This document shows, one piece after another, positions 30,300 through 39,643 of a stretch of DNA of 64,000 bases. The notes below the pieces were generated by a model, which saw only the letters and a list, made by a program, of their open reading frames with translations, ran no database searches and was not told where the DNA came from. Origin of the DNA: an uncultured Spirochaetota bacterium (GTDB lineage Bacteria; Spirochaetota; Spirochaetia; SZUA-6; Fen-1364); NCBI GenBank assembly GCA_963734545.1, contig CAVTHO010000006.1:32001-96000 (forward strand). The letters are read 5' to 3'. The position numbers were made by a program, and so were the translations under genes. Numbering within the stretch: the first letter of the stretch is position 1; every line of letters starts with the position of its first letter.

Positions 30300-30737
30300 A
30301 TGAAAGCCTTGGTGGTTTTTGACTCAACCTGGGGCAACACAGAGAAAATAGCGCACGCTGTTGCATCAGGAATTGGGGGAGGCACGAAAGCGCATCGGGT
30401 CGGCGCCATCGATGCAAAGCGATTTGAGGCCATAGATCTTCTCGTGGTGGGATCACCAATACTCGGGGGGCGGCCTTCTCCTGCCATTCAGGGATATATC
30501 AATTCCATTCCCGAGGCGGCTGCCAAGAAATTGCGCGTTGCGACCTTCGACACCCGGCTGATGATGAGATTCGCAAAGATATTTGGATACGCCGCAGTAC
30601 GGATGGCAGATCAACTGAAAGACAAGGGATGTACGCTGAGATCGACGGAAGGATTTTTCGTGAAAGGTCGCAGCGGTCCGCTGGCTGACGGAGAATTGGC
30701 TCGCGCAAGTGAATGGGGCAGCAAGCTAAGGTCCTGA
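30300..30737 (+). CDS. Flavodoxin family protein
   Basis: DSTWGNTEKIA..VGSP..FDTR. Confidence 0.88.
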   Translation: MKALVVFDSTWGNTEKIAHAVASGIGGGTKAHRVGAIDAKRFEAIDLLVVGSPILGGRPSPAIQGYINSIPEAAAKKLRVATFDTRLMMRFAKIFGYAAVRMADQLKDKGCTLRSTEGFFVKGRSGPLADGELARASEWGSKLRS

Positions 30738-30869
30738 TCGGCTGCATCCAACTCCTTTCCCGGCTATTCTCAGGGACCGGAAGCTTCGAAGACACCGCGA
30801 CGGTTATTGGCTTCGGGATTGGAGTGGACACCTGGGCGAGTCTTGTGCGTGACCTGACGGATGCGGTAC

Positions 30870-31100
30870 TGGCGCGCTAGGGATTATCGACATGAAGGCC
30901 TACGAGGCCGCTCTCTTTTTCGCTCAGCGATCCTAATTCGTTCTCTTGCAGTTTTGTTCAAGAGCTGCTCCGCCACGCGGATCGCCGATGTGTTGAGCCC
31001 GGCGCTCCTCTTGCCGATGTTCCGCAAGGCCCCGCTCACCGCCTTCTTGACATAGTTCCTCTCATCGGCTGCTCCCGCAATGATGTGGGGGTAGAGATCA
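30870..31100 (-). pseudogene. DNA alkylation repair (AlkD-like) fragment
   Basis: rc gives AADERNYVKKAVS, then LRNIGKR..LN after a frame change. Confidence 0.55.
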
Positions 31101-31250
31101 GGTGCTTATATGAATTCCCGCACGGACATGTGCGAAGTGAAATTTAATATAGTAGACATCGAAGTCGGCGTGAATTGCGGAGTATGACGATGAGTGAGAG
31201 TTGCATTGCGCGAAGCGTCGGATATACTTCTATTCGAGGAGAAGCGAGAA

Positions 31251-31682
31251 ATGCTGATGGAAATCTCCAGTCTCATCACTCCTGAAGTCTATGAAGTGAT
31301 ATACCGAATGGGGCATATGGACGAACTGGTAATAGCAGACGCGAACTACTGCGCGTCTGCGTTGAGCGGCAAGGTGGTATTCTGCTATGCGCAGGAGAAC
31401 CATGCACTATTGGCTGAAATCCTGAAATACTTTCCGCTGGACGACGATGAAGAGTTTCCCATCAACGTTATGACCCCCGACCATGGATACATCCACGAGC
31501 CACAGATCTGGAACGATTACCAGAATGTTCTCGCCCGTACGTATGATTCAAGGAAGCTGCAGCTCAACAAGATCTCGCGGCAGGAATTCTATCTGAGAAC
31601 CAGGAATGCATACGCCACGATACAAACGTCGGACCCCCGGCTTTATGCGGACATCATACTCAAGAAAGGCGTGGTGCTGTGA
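31251..31682 (+). CDS. RbsD/FucU mutarotase family
   Basis: MGHMDELVIADANY..FY..YADIILKKGV. Confidence 0.9.
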   Translation: MLMEISSLITPEVYEVIYRMGHMDELVIADANYCASALSGKVVFCYAQENHALLAEILKYFPLDDDEEFPINVMTPDHGYIHEPQIWNDYQNVLARTYDSRKLQLNKISRQEFYLRTRNAYATIQTSDPRLYADIILKKGVVL

Positions 31683-31755
31683 TCGAGAAGGGGATGTACG
31701 TCGCTTCCGGCAGCTTGCCTGGCATGTGCCGCCGCGCAGACGCGCTGCCTGCATA

Positions 31756-32391
31756 GTGGCAACAAAGCTGTGTCCAAAACTCATCCTGGAAGGCACTCGG
31801 CTCACTCTGAAGACCGAAATCGCTTTTGCCCTCAATGAAGATGCACGCATAGTCGGCCCGCGAAAGTATCGATACCATTCCCCGCTGATATCAGCTGAAT
31901 GGTGCTCCTTCACGAACTTCCCCTGGGGGCGAGGACTCATCAACTTTTTGCCCGAAGAGGAAGACCAGGCGATCGAAACGTATCACACGTGGGCGCGACT
32001 GTTCGAGCTGCAACGATACTACTCCTGGATTATCGATCGGTTCCACCTGTCAACCATGATGTATCAACTGAGGGCACATGGCAAGAAGTATGACTTTACC
32101 TGGCTCGAGGATCGCCTGCTGCCGCTTGGATTCCGTCTGATATTCTGTGCAAGAAGTGATGACTCCTTTGCCAGGGCTCGGGATGAGCGGCTCAAGGTAT
32201 CCGGCAATCCCTCGCAATACGATGATCTGCGGCCGTTTATTGAAGAGCAGAAGCTGATGCATCAGCTGGTTGCGGAATCGAAGCTCCCCGCGCTCACTGT
32301 CGATGTCTCCGAGAACAATGTCACGAATGCGGTGGGCGCCATTGCAGGATGGCTTGAGCTGACGAATGGACTTCATATGCAGGACACCTGA
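31756..32391 (+). CDS. Nucleotide-kinase-fold hypothetical protein
   Basis: LILEGTRLTLKT degenerate P-loop; IIDRFHLS. Confidence 0.6.
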   Translation: MATKLCPKLILEGTRLTLKTEIAFALNEDARIVGPRKYRYHSPLISAEWCSFTNFPWGRGLINFLPEEEDQAIETYHTWARLFELQRYYSWIIDRFHLSTMMYQLRAHGKKYDFTWLEDRLLPLGFRLIFCARSDDSFARARDERLKVSGNPSQYDDLRPFIEEQKLMHQLVAESKLPALTVDVSENNVTNAVGAIAGWLELTNGLHMQDT

Positions 32392-32472
32392 GCGGCTGCC
32401 GGGGGTATTCCCGCAAGACGGGCCAGGTTCCAGACGCAGGGCTATCCGGTACAAAGGAGGAAGGCGCAGGTT

Positions 32473-33075
32473 ATGCGTAAGGGCAGGCTGGAAGCGTTCA
32501 GCGATGGCGTAATCGCCATACTGATCACAATAATGGTGCTCGAGCTGAAAATCCCTCATGGTACGGGAATTGCGGACCTTGCCGGGTTGTTGCCGCACTT
32601 CCTGACATATGTCCTGAGTTTCGTTTTTCTTGCGATTTATTGGAACAATCATCATCATTTGCTGCATGCGGCAACCAGGATCAATGGAAAAATACTCTGG
32701 GCCAACATGCATCTTCTTTTTTGGCTTTCACTGATTCCCTTCGTAACCGGTTGGATGGGAGAGAATCACTTTGCCTCAGCTCCCACCGCGGCCTATGGAG
32801 TTGTTCTGCTTTTCGCGGCAATTGCGTACTATGTATTGCAGACTCTCATCAAGTCGGAAGAAGGGCCGGGTTCGCGGATTTCCCTCGCGTTGGGTGCCGA
32901 TTTCAAGGGAAAACTGTCGCCCGTGCTGTATCTCGTGGCAATTCCAATGGCGTTTGTCCTGCAGTGGATATCTGAGGCGATTTACGTGTTCGTGGCGCTC
33001 TTATGGCTGATTCCCGACCGAAGAATCGAATCAAAGCTGATGGAGAAGAGGAATGAAAAAACGCCTCTTTACTGA
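32473..33075 (+). CDS. TMEM175-family potassium channel
   Basis: RLEAFSDGVIAILITIMVLE..YWNNHH. Confidence 0.92.
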   Translation: MRKGRLEAFSDGVIAILITIMVLELKIPHGTGIADLAGLLPHFLTYVLSFVFLAIYWNNHHHLLHAATRINGKILWANMHLLFWLSLIPFVTGWMGENHFASAPTAAYGVVLLFAAIAYYVLQTLIKSEEGPGSRISLALGADFKGKLSPVLYLVAIPMAFVLQWISEAIYVFVALLWLIPDRRIESKLMEKRNEKTPLY

Positions 33076-33466
33076 CTCGAATGTCACGCCGACCGAAGCC
33101 CTTCTTCGAAAGCAACTGGGCGCTGCCATGGGCTACTATACGAGCATTCTGTCGAAATCCGGCGACTATCGCAAGCAGTGGCAATTCAGCCGTGGCAATG
33201 GCTGGATCCTCAAGGTTGATGATATGCGTAGGGCGCTTTTCTATCTTGTGCCATTTGACGGCGGAATCGAGGTCAGCCTGACGGTCCGCGACGGCGAAAG
33301 GGCGAGCCTCTTGCAGAACGGCGAGCAGGAAATCCTCTTCCCCCAGCTCGAGGCCGCGACCAAGTATTCGGACGGGTATGCCCTCCGATTCGGAATAGAG
33401 AGCCCTGGGGAGTGCAGATCAGTCACGAAGTTCCTCACCACACTGATGCGGATGAGGGCGACATGA
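33053..33466 (+). CDS. DUF3788-like protein
   Basis: GWILK..LFYLVP..KYSDG pattern. Confidence 0.55.
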   Translation: MKKRLFTDSNVTPTEALLRKQLGAAMGYYTSILSKSGDYRKQWQFSRGNGWILKVDDMRRALFYLVPFDGGIEVSLTVRDGERASLLQNGEQEILFPQLEAATKYSDGYALRFGIESPGECRSVTKFLTTLMRMRAT

Positions 33467-33650
33467 ATTCTCGCGCCCACATGATCGGTGGGACGCGGGA
33501 AGTTTGTCTGCATGGTGGTGCGACGGCGCGGCCTGTCTCAAAAAACTTGCATTGCGAAAACCTATGAATATAGTTGAGGGAGAGAGGCAGTCTGACTGGG
33601 GAGGAATGCTCTTGCCCGCGAAGTCATGAGGGCTTCGACAGCATAAACCA

Positions 33651-34418
33651 ATGCAAATGATCCTGGAGACGGTCATGACGATTCTCTCCCTGGTGGAGAA
33701 GCTCATTCCTGTCATCTCCCTGGCTCTCATTCTCCTTGTCTATCTCACGCTGCGAGAAGTCTCCCGGCAAAGGAGGGAAACATACCGGCCGCGGCTGTTT
33801 GTCGGGAAACAGCTGTACTCCGTGCAGAAGAATCCGAATGGAACGCCGTGTTTCCTGAAGAACGACAACAAGAAGCTGCATGACCTGCACGCGAAGCCTT
33901 ACGAGCTGGAGCTCGCCAACATCGGATTGGGCGCGGCCCACGCAATCAGGCTGAGCTGGAAGTACGACAAAGCCAAGATCATCAAAGAGCTGTCGGAGCT
34001 TGGCCGACAGTCCGGTCGACTCCACAATATCAGCAACGGGCATTTTCAGTACATGTTCAATGTCAACGACGCGGAACATGGCTACCGGTTCAGAATTGCC
34101 CGTCCTGCAGAAATCAACAGCGAGATACCTTTCTTGAAAGCCGGGAACATCATCAGGTTTACGCTGCCGGATACCGTCAGACACATCCTGACCTTCTTTC
34201 CGTATCTCAAGCTCTTGACCCTGGAGTTCCCCCATCGCATCGACATCGCGAATCGCGACGTCTTCATTCAAATCGTCTATCTGGACATCTCCGGGCAGGA
34301 GCACAGGCAATTGTTTCAAATGGTCGCCACCGGCTTCGCGTTCGGAAAAGAAGATCAGAATGGCAACTATGGCTCGGGCTCACTGGTCTTCCAAATGGTG
34401 AAAGAAAAGGACGCCTGA
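33651..34418 (+). CDS. Membrane-anchored hypothetical protein
   Basis: N-terminal TM, YRP, NIGLGAA; candidate promoter TTGCAT-16-TATAGT at 33547-33574. Confidence 0.7.
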   Translation: MQMILETVMTILSLVEKLIPVISLALILLVYLTLREVSRQRRETYRPRLFVGKQLYSVQKNPNGTPCFLKNDNKKLHDLHAKPYELELANIGLGAAHAIRLSWKYDKAKIIKELSELGRQSGRLHNISNGHFQYMFNVNDAEHGYRFRIARPAEINSEIPFLKAGNIIRFTLPDTVRHILTFFPYLKLLTLEFPHRIDIANRDVFIQIVYLDISGQEHRQLFQMVATGFAFGKEDQNGNYGSGSLVFQMVKEKDA

Positions 34419-34431
34419 GAGAGAGCAGGGG

Positions 34432-35271
34432 ATGTACTATCCAAGAAACTTCGATCGAGGCCGCGCGATCGAGCTGGGTGGGCTGGTCAAACAGGCGTAC
34501 TCTCAGTTGAAAAGCTTTCAAGACGATGTAGAGTGGAACCTCAAGGGGAACTACTCTCTCGTCAGCGAGCTGAAATACCAGGGGACGCAGGCGTCTCCAG
34601 GCAAGACGGTCAATCAGTTCGACAAGGAATTGAGAGAGTTCGCAAGGTCCAAGCTGCAGAGAGGGAAAGGTCTTCCGATAGGTTTCATCGCGCAAGACCC
34701 GGGGGATGTGTTTCTGATTTTTCGAGGAACCATGACTGCGGGCGAATGGCTTCGCGACCTCAATATCCGCCTGACCTCCTACCCGCACCTCGATTCCTGC
34801 AGGGTGCATGAAGGATTTCTTCAGACCTACAACGTGTTCCGCTCGGAAATCACAGACACTCTGGCCCGCCTCGACGCCAGGAAACGCTTTTTCATAGCAG
34901 GCCACAGCCTCGGGGCTGCACTGGCGACTCTGGCTGTTCCGGATCTTGCGGCCTCCACTGGCTTCAAGTCGCCTTTTGTCTATACGTATGCCTCGCCCCG
35001 CGTGGGTGATAAGGAATTTGCCCAATTCTATGATCGCCAATGCGGCAAGAGATCGTTCCGGATCGCAAATACAGCAGATCTCGTCGTCTCCATTCCCCCG
35101 CCTGTCCCGTTCTTGAGATTTATCGGGGGCTTCTTTACTCATGTCGAAACGCCGATCGATTTTACCATTCAAAACGAGGATCTGGAGAAGAATCATGTCA
35201 TCGACACCTATATTACGGCACTCGAGGAAGATCGAGACACGCAGGGATTCCTGAAGAGACTATTCAGGTAG
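34432..35271 (+). CDS. Lipase class 3
   Basis: FRGT, VHEGF, GHSLGAALA, SPRVG. Confidence 0.92.
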   Translation: MYYPRNFDRGRAIELGGLVKQAYSQLKSFQDDVEWNLKGNYSLVSELKYQGTQASPGKTVNQFDKELREFARSKLQRGKGLPIGFIAQDPGDVFLIFRGTMTAGEWLRDLNIRLTSYPHLDSCRVHEGFLQTYNVFRSEITDTLARLDARKRFFIAGHSLGAALATLAVPDLAASTGFKSPFVYTYASPRVGDKEFAQFYDRQCGKRSFRIANTADLVVSIPPPVPFLRFIGGFFTHVETPIDFTIQNEDLEKNHVIDTYITALEEDRDTQGFLKRLFR

Positions 35272-35297
35272 GCGCCCTGCGAGAACGGAGGAATTCC

Positions 35298-36104
35298 GTG
35301 GGCGTTCGCCGCTTCATGCCGGCATTTTTCTTTGTCGTCCTTGTTTCATGCGGCTCTCTGGGCATCGCACAGACCGACCCCGGCGCGCATTCGGCGGGGC
35401 CGGCCGATAAAAACACCACGAACGGGAATTCCCGCACGGGCACGCCCGCCGGGAGCCGCAATCAGCCATCCCTTGAAAAGGTTCCGCCCCTCGAATCCAT
35501 GTCCTCGAAATGGAGGAGAGAAACAGTCGATACGGGAGCCTCCGCAGAGTACCTGACGGAAACAGAAAGGCAGGTAGTGCTTGAGATCAACAAGGTGCGC
35601 GCAGATCCCGCTGAATATGCGAAAAGGTACCTTGCGCCTCTGCGACAGTTTTACAATGGAAAGCTTTTCCGCGTACCCGGGGAAACCGCCATCTCCACGA
35701 ATGAAGGGACCGCGGCTCTTGATGAATGCATCAAGGAGCTGCAGCAGACAAGGCCGCGGCAGGTGCTCTCCCCCAGGAAAGGCATGAGTCAGGCCGCACG
35801 CGACCATGCAAAGGACCAGAGCAGAACAGGGGCCACCGGTCACACCGGAAAAGACGGTTCGACCGCCTCGGAGAGAATCAATCGATACGGCAAATGGGAC
35901 ATCGCCGCGGGGGAGAACATCGACTATGGGAACGGCAGTCCAAGAATGATCGTGGTTTCCCTGCTTGTCGACGACGGTGTGCCCTCCCGCGGACACCGGC
36001 GGAACCTGCTGGACAGAACATTCAGGCTCATAGGACTTTCTGTCGGATCCCACCCGTTGTATCGGTACATGTGCGTCATGGATTTCGCGGGAGCGTACAA
36101 CTAG
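35298..36104 (+). CDS. CAP/SCP domain exported protein
   Basis: INKVRADP..GH.G.DGS..GENI..DDGVPSRGHRRN. Confidence 0.88.
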   Translation: MGVRRFMPAFFFVVLVSCGSLGIAQTDPGAHSAGPADKNTTNGNSRTGTPAGSRNQPSLEKVPPLESMSSKWRRETVDTGASAEYLTETERQVVLEINKVRADPAEYAKRYLAPLRQFYNGKLFRVPGETAISTNEGTAALDECIKELQQTRPRQVLSPRKGMSQAARDHAKDQSRTGATGHTGKDGSTASERINRYGKWDIAAGENIDYGNGSPRMIVVSLLVDDGVPSRGHRRNLLDRTFRLIGLSVGSHPLYRYMCVMDFAGAYN

Positions 36105-36170
36105 GGGCTGCAAATGAGAGCCGCGTGACCGCCGTGAGGAGCCGACGCGGTCTCTCCGGGGACACGCTTC

Positions 36171-36614
36171 TCACCACAACTCGGGAAGCGCCCGACCTGA
36201 CTCCATCAATGATTTCAAGCTCGAAAGGACTTTCGGCCAGCCCTGCATGATGCCTTGAAGCATGTCGGAGCCAGGCTCGAGCCGGTCATGAGTCACCGTC
36301 AGGCGCACGACATCGCCGATCGGCTCGAGCTCGAATGTGACCCGCGTATGCCTTTTCTCCTGTGTCTCATCGGCCGGAAAAGCCCACGTCAGGACGAGAC
36401 GACGGGGTGGAGAGCTCTCGATAACCTTCCCGACCAGGAGAACCGCTCCGTCCTTGCCGGCGCGGCGATGCTCCCATCGGGAGCCGGGCCGCCAGTCGGA
36501 GACGTTGACGTGCTGCCAATACTTCGTGGTCATCTCGGCGTCAATAAGCGCATTCCAGAGTTTTTCCGGCGTCGTTGAAATGTACGTGACATAGACGAAC
36601 TGGGGCTTATCCAT
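36171..36614 (-). CDS. SRPBCC/AHSA1 domain protein
   Basis: YVTYISTTPEKLWNAL..GWPKVLSSLKS. Confidence 0.9.
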   Translation of the reverse strand: MDKPQFVYVTYISTTPEKLWNALIDAEMTTKYWQHVNVSDWRPGSRWEHRRAGKDGAVLLVGKVIESSPPRRLVLTWAFPADETQEKRHTRVTFELEPIGDVVRLTVTHDRLEPGSDMLQGIMQGWPKVLSSLKSLMESGRALPELW

Positions 36615-36930
36615 GATGGTCTCCTTCCGACCTTTTCTTGAGGTCATGCAAGGCGTCCAGGTGCTGACGCTCGTATTTTTCGATCCAGCGTCCGTATATT
36701 TCGTGAATGGGGACGGGATTGAGATAATGCAGTTTTTCACGGCCTCTGCGAATTGTCACAATCAGGTTTGCGTCTTCCAGCCGCTTGAGGTGCTGCGTGA
36801 CCGCCTGACGCGTCATGTCGAGCTGTGCACAGAGCTCTCCCAACGTCTGGCCGCTGTGCGCACGCAGGGTATCGAGCAGACGCCTCCTCGTGGGATCAGC
36901 AAGGGCTTTGAACACATTATCAATATCCAC
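36607..36930 (-). CDS. ArsR/SmtB family regulator
   Basis: VFKALADPTRRRLL..RQAVTQHL..GREKLHYLN. Confidence 0.92.
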   Translation of the reverse strand: MDIDNVFKALADPTRRRLLDTLRAHSGQTLGELCAQLDMTRQAVTQHLKRLEDANLIVTIRRGREKLHYLNPVPIHEIYGRWIEKYERQHLDALHDLKKRSEGDHHG

Positions 36931-36942
36931 GCAGGCGAATAT

Positions 36943-36962
36943 ATGCAAGAAAAAACTTGCAT
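36943..36962. promoter_or_regulatory. Probable ArsR operator palindrome
   Basis: ATGCAAG-N6-CTTGCAT directly upstream of the regulator. Confidence 0.65.
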
Positions 36963-37010
36963 GTCAAGCTCGGACCTGATTAGTATATTGCATGCGGGAG
37001 GGAACACAGG

Positions 37011-37463
37011 ATGAACCTCGCAGAATTGGCTGATTTTCTGGTTGAGGCCAAGGTAAATACCTACGCGGCCCAAAAGGGCAAGGTCGATTCGTCCAGGAAA
37101 GGGTCCCACGATCTCGCCTACCGGAATGGCAGCTACTTCTATCTCGACAGCTACCTTGGCGAGAAGGATTTTTCAGGGGAAGAGATAGTGTATCGGGAAG
37201 AAAAACCGGTCTGGAGCATGAATTACTATGGAAAAATGCTGCGCGACAATGTTCCTGAAGGTTTCATCGAAACGCTGAGAGAGGCATTGCTGAAGATCGG
37301 TACTGAGGAACCATACAGGGGGTGCAGGCACCACAAGAGGGGCCGGTATGAGTACTTCTGCGCAGTCGAAGGCGGGATCGGTTTCTTCCACGGAGTCGAA
37401 AGGATAGAGTACGAGGCGGAAGAAGTATATCGTCTCTACTTTCACGGAGGGCTGGTCGATTAG
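37011..37463 (+). CDS. DUF5680-like protein
   Basis: FLVEAK..YLDSYLG..WSMNYYG..FHGG. Confidence 0.75.
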   Translation: MNLAELADFLVEAKVNTYAAQKGKVDSSRKGSHDLAYRNGSYFYLDSYLGEKDFSGEEIVYREEKPVWSMNYYGKMLRDNVPEGFIETLREALLKIGTEEPYRGCRHHKRGRYEYFCAVEGGIGFFHGVERIEYEAEEVYRLYFHGGLVD

Positions 37464-37595
37464 CCTGCCTGTTCCCCGCGTCCCGAGGCCCACCGGGTCT
37501 GGATTGACAGCCGGCGTCATTCAGGGTACGAGACCCACTGAGGGGACCCGCGCCGACCGTGCTCACGGCAACCGTGAATTGGATGGAGGACAATC

Positions 37596-38450
37596 ATGAA
37601 ACGAGTAGCCATACTCCTGCTGGTGGCGTTGCTCATTTCCTGTCGTGAAAGACCGGCCAGGGGCCAGGGATCGGCCGCTTCCGGGCCCGAGACGTCCTCG
37701 CCAGAGACGTCGGTATCCGCAGTGTCCGGGTCCATGGTATTCACGTCAATGCAGCAGCTCAAGGACGTCCGCATCGGATCGATTCATAACCAGATCATGG
37801 GGTTGGAAGGGGACATCCCGAACGCACCCATATCCGCAAACATGCTGACGCTGGGCCCCTTGCAGCAGTCGCTGGAGGTCAGGCTCACCAGAGAGACACA
37901 GATCGACCAGGGGGTAAGAATCATCGCCCGGGGAAACCAGGTTGAGTATTCCGTGGAGGTCGAAAGAGATGCCATATCGGTGGCCGGTCACGACGATACG
38001 ATTTTCGGATTCTATTTCAACGTTCCATTCGAGAACAAACCCTGGAGCCGGATCACCAGTTGGCGTCTCACGGTGTCTGCCGGCAATGAGATCGTCATAG
38101 AAAAAGAGCTCGAGATCGCCGCACGAGATCTCATCCTGTACACGAAAGCGGCGGACAATCCTTTCGATGCCATTGATATCACCCATCTCTCCAAAGGGCA
38201 GACGTACAAGATCTTCTACCAGAACCTTCAGTCTGATCTGTTGATCGCGTACTACACGAGCGACTATTCCACGTACACGCCATTCTACGCAGGCAAGGCG
38301 GATTCACGTCTCGACCCCCATTCCGCGCCTGAAATCACGATCAGCACGCACGCGCCCTCCGGCTCGTATTTCTTCACTCACAAGGCACGGGAGGCGATCT
38401 CCCGGAGCGATGAAGAGTTGCCCGTCTTCGGCTACAGGGTGATTGAATAG
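37596..38450 (+). CDS. Hypothetical lipoprotein
   Basis: LLISC lipobox; RBS GGAGG. Confidence 0.75.
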   Translation: MKRVAILLLVALLISCRERPARGQGSAASGPETSSPETSVSAVSGSMVFTSMQQLKDVRIGSIHNQIMGLEGDIPNAPISANMLTLGPLQQSLEVRLTRETQIDQGVRIIARGNQVEYSVEVERDAISVAGHDDTIFGFYFNVPFENKPWSRITSWRLTVSAGNEIVIEKELEIAARDLILYTKAADNPFDAIDITHLSKGQTYKIFYQNLQSDLLIAYYTSDYSTYTPFYAGKADSRLDPHSAPEITISTHAPSGSYFFTHKAREAISRSDEELPVFGYRVIE

Positions 38451-38523
38451 GAGGGGGATCCGGCGCGACACACGGGACCTTTGGCCGGCGTGTCCGCTAT
38501 TCTTGACATTTACCGGCCGGGAT

Positions 38524-39015
38524 ATGACATTGCAGCATGGAGGATGTTCCGCCTTGAGGAGAGCCATTGCAGCAGTTATCTTCGTCTTTCTTGCTTACGG
38601 TTCATTCGCATCGGACTTCCGCAAGACCTCGTGGTTGATGAGCAAGGAACAGGTTCTCGCCTCGGAGGATGGCACGCTCGTCACGGAGAGGAATGTCGCC
38701 GGCCAGCAGGAAGTGGTCTATCGTGCGCGGTTCGAAGGATACGAGGGCTCCGTCACGTACGTGCTGGAAAACGACAAGCTGCTCGCGGCAAGCTACAACT
38801 ACAAGAAGGACGACACCCGGCAGGTCTACAGCCACATGAAGGAAAGTCTGACGCGTCAATTCGGAAAGCCGGCGCTCCAGACGGACAGCCTTGCCGTCTG
38901 GCGCTCGGAGCGCACCGAGATTGCCCTGGCGTATCGCGCCGAGAAGACCTGCTACGTCGCGTTCTGGGAGAAAGGCTATTTTGCGCGGATCAACAGGCTG
39001 ACCACCGCGGAATAG
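38524..39015 (+). CDS. Exported hypothetical protein
   Basis: Signal peptide followed by DFRKTSWLMSKEQV. Confidence 0.65.
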   Translation: MTLQHGGCSALRRAIAAVIFVFLAYGSFASDFRKTSWLMSKEQVLASEDGTLVTERNVAGQQEVVYRARFEGYEGSVTYVLENDKLLAASYNYKKDDTRQVYSHMKESLTRQFGKPALQTDSLAVWRSERTEIALAYRAEKTCYVAFWEKGYFARINRLTTAE

Positions 39016-39030
39016 TCCCGGCCAGATCCT

Positions 39031-39627
39031 TTACCTTCTTTTCAAATTCTCGAGAATCCTGCGATAGATGAGCGTGAACCGGTCGATGCGGCGCAGCTTT
39101 GCGCGCGAATCCGCACTCCAGACGCTGTCCGGATGATCTTCCACTACCCGCGAGAAGTATCCGTATGCAGCCTGCAGGAAGCCCAGGCTGCCGGCGATGT
39201 CTTCCGCCGCTGTGTAGCGCCGCGTGAAATGGGGCACCCGTCCGGCGGCGATTTTCCTGTTGATCTCCGCAATCCCGTGGATCGCGAGAGAAAAGTTGAT
39301 AAACCCCTGCTTGTAGTACGCGTAGGAAGGATCGCGATGCGCGGCAAGGCCCGGCCCTGACGCTTGCGGGGAACGGCTTTCCCGTCGGGCAGTCGGATGC
39401 GGGGGAGCATGATCCTCCCGCATGGTAAGGGAGCTCATGAGCGCGGTATAGGCCTCCGTGAGAGTGATCGTCGTGAGCTCCTGCAGCGCCTTTTTCTCGC
39501 TTGGGAACCTGTCCGGATGGTTCTCCATCACGAGCCTGCGGTATGCCTGTTTGATCTGGTCCTGCGTGGCGTTTCCCGTGACGCCCAGAATGTCCCTGAA
39601 ATGCTGCTCACTCATAGAAAAGGCCAT
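39031..39627 (-). CDS. J-domain protein
   Basis: ILGV..IKQAYRRL..HPDRF. Confidence 0.88.
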   Translation of the reverse strand: MAFSMSEQHFRDILGVTGNATQDQIKQAYRRLVMENHPDRFPSEKKALQELTTITLTEAYTALMSSLTMREDHAPPHPTARRESRSPQASGPGLAAHRDPSYAYYKQGFINFSLAIHGIAEINRKIAAGRVPHFTRRYTAAEDIAGSLGFLQAAYGYFSRVVEDHPDSVWSADSRAKLRRIDRFTLIYRRILENLKRR

Positions 39628-39643
39628 GGAACCCCTGCAGGGC

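Noticed and set aside
37500-37590. Possible riboswitch leaders here and at 33575-33650
   Set aside because: Only generic hairpins; no recognisable riboswitch consensus.
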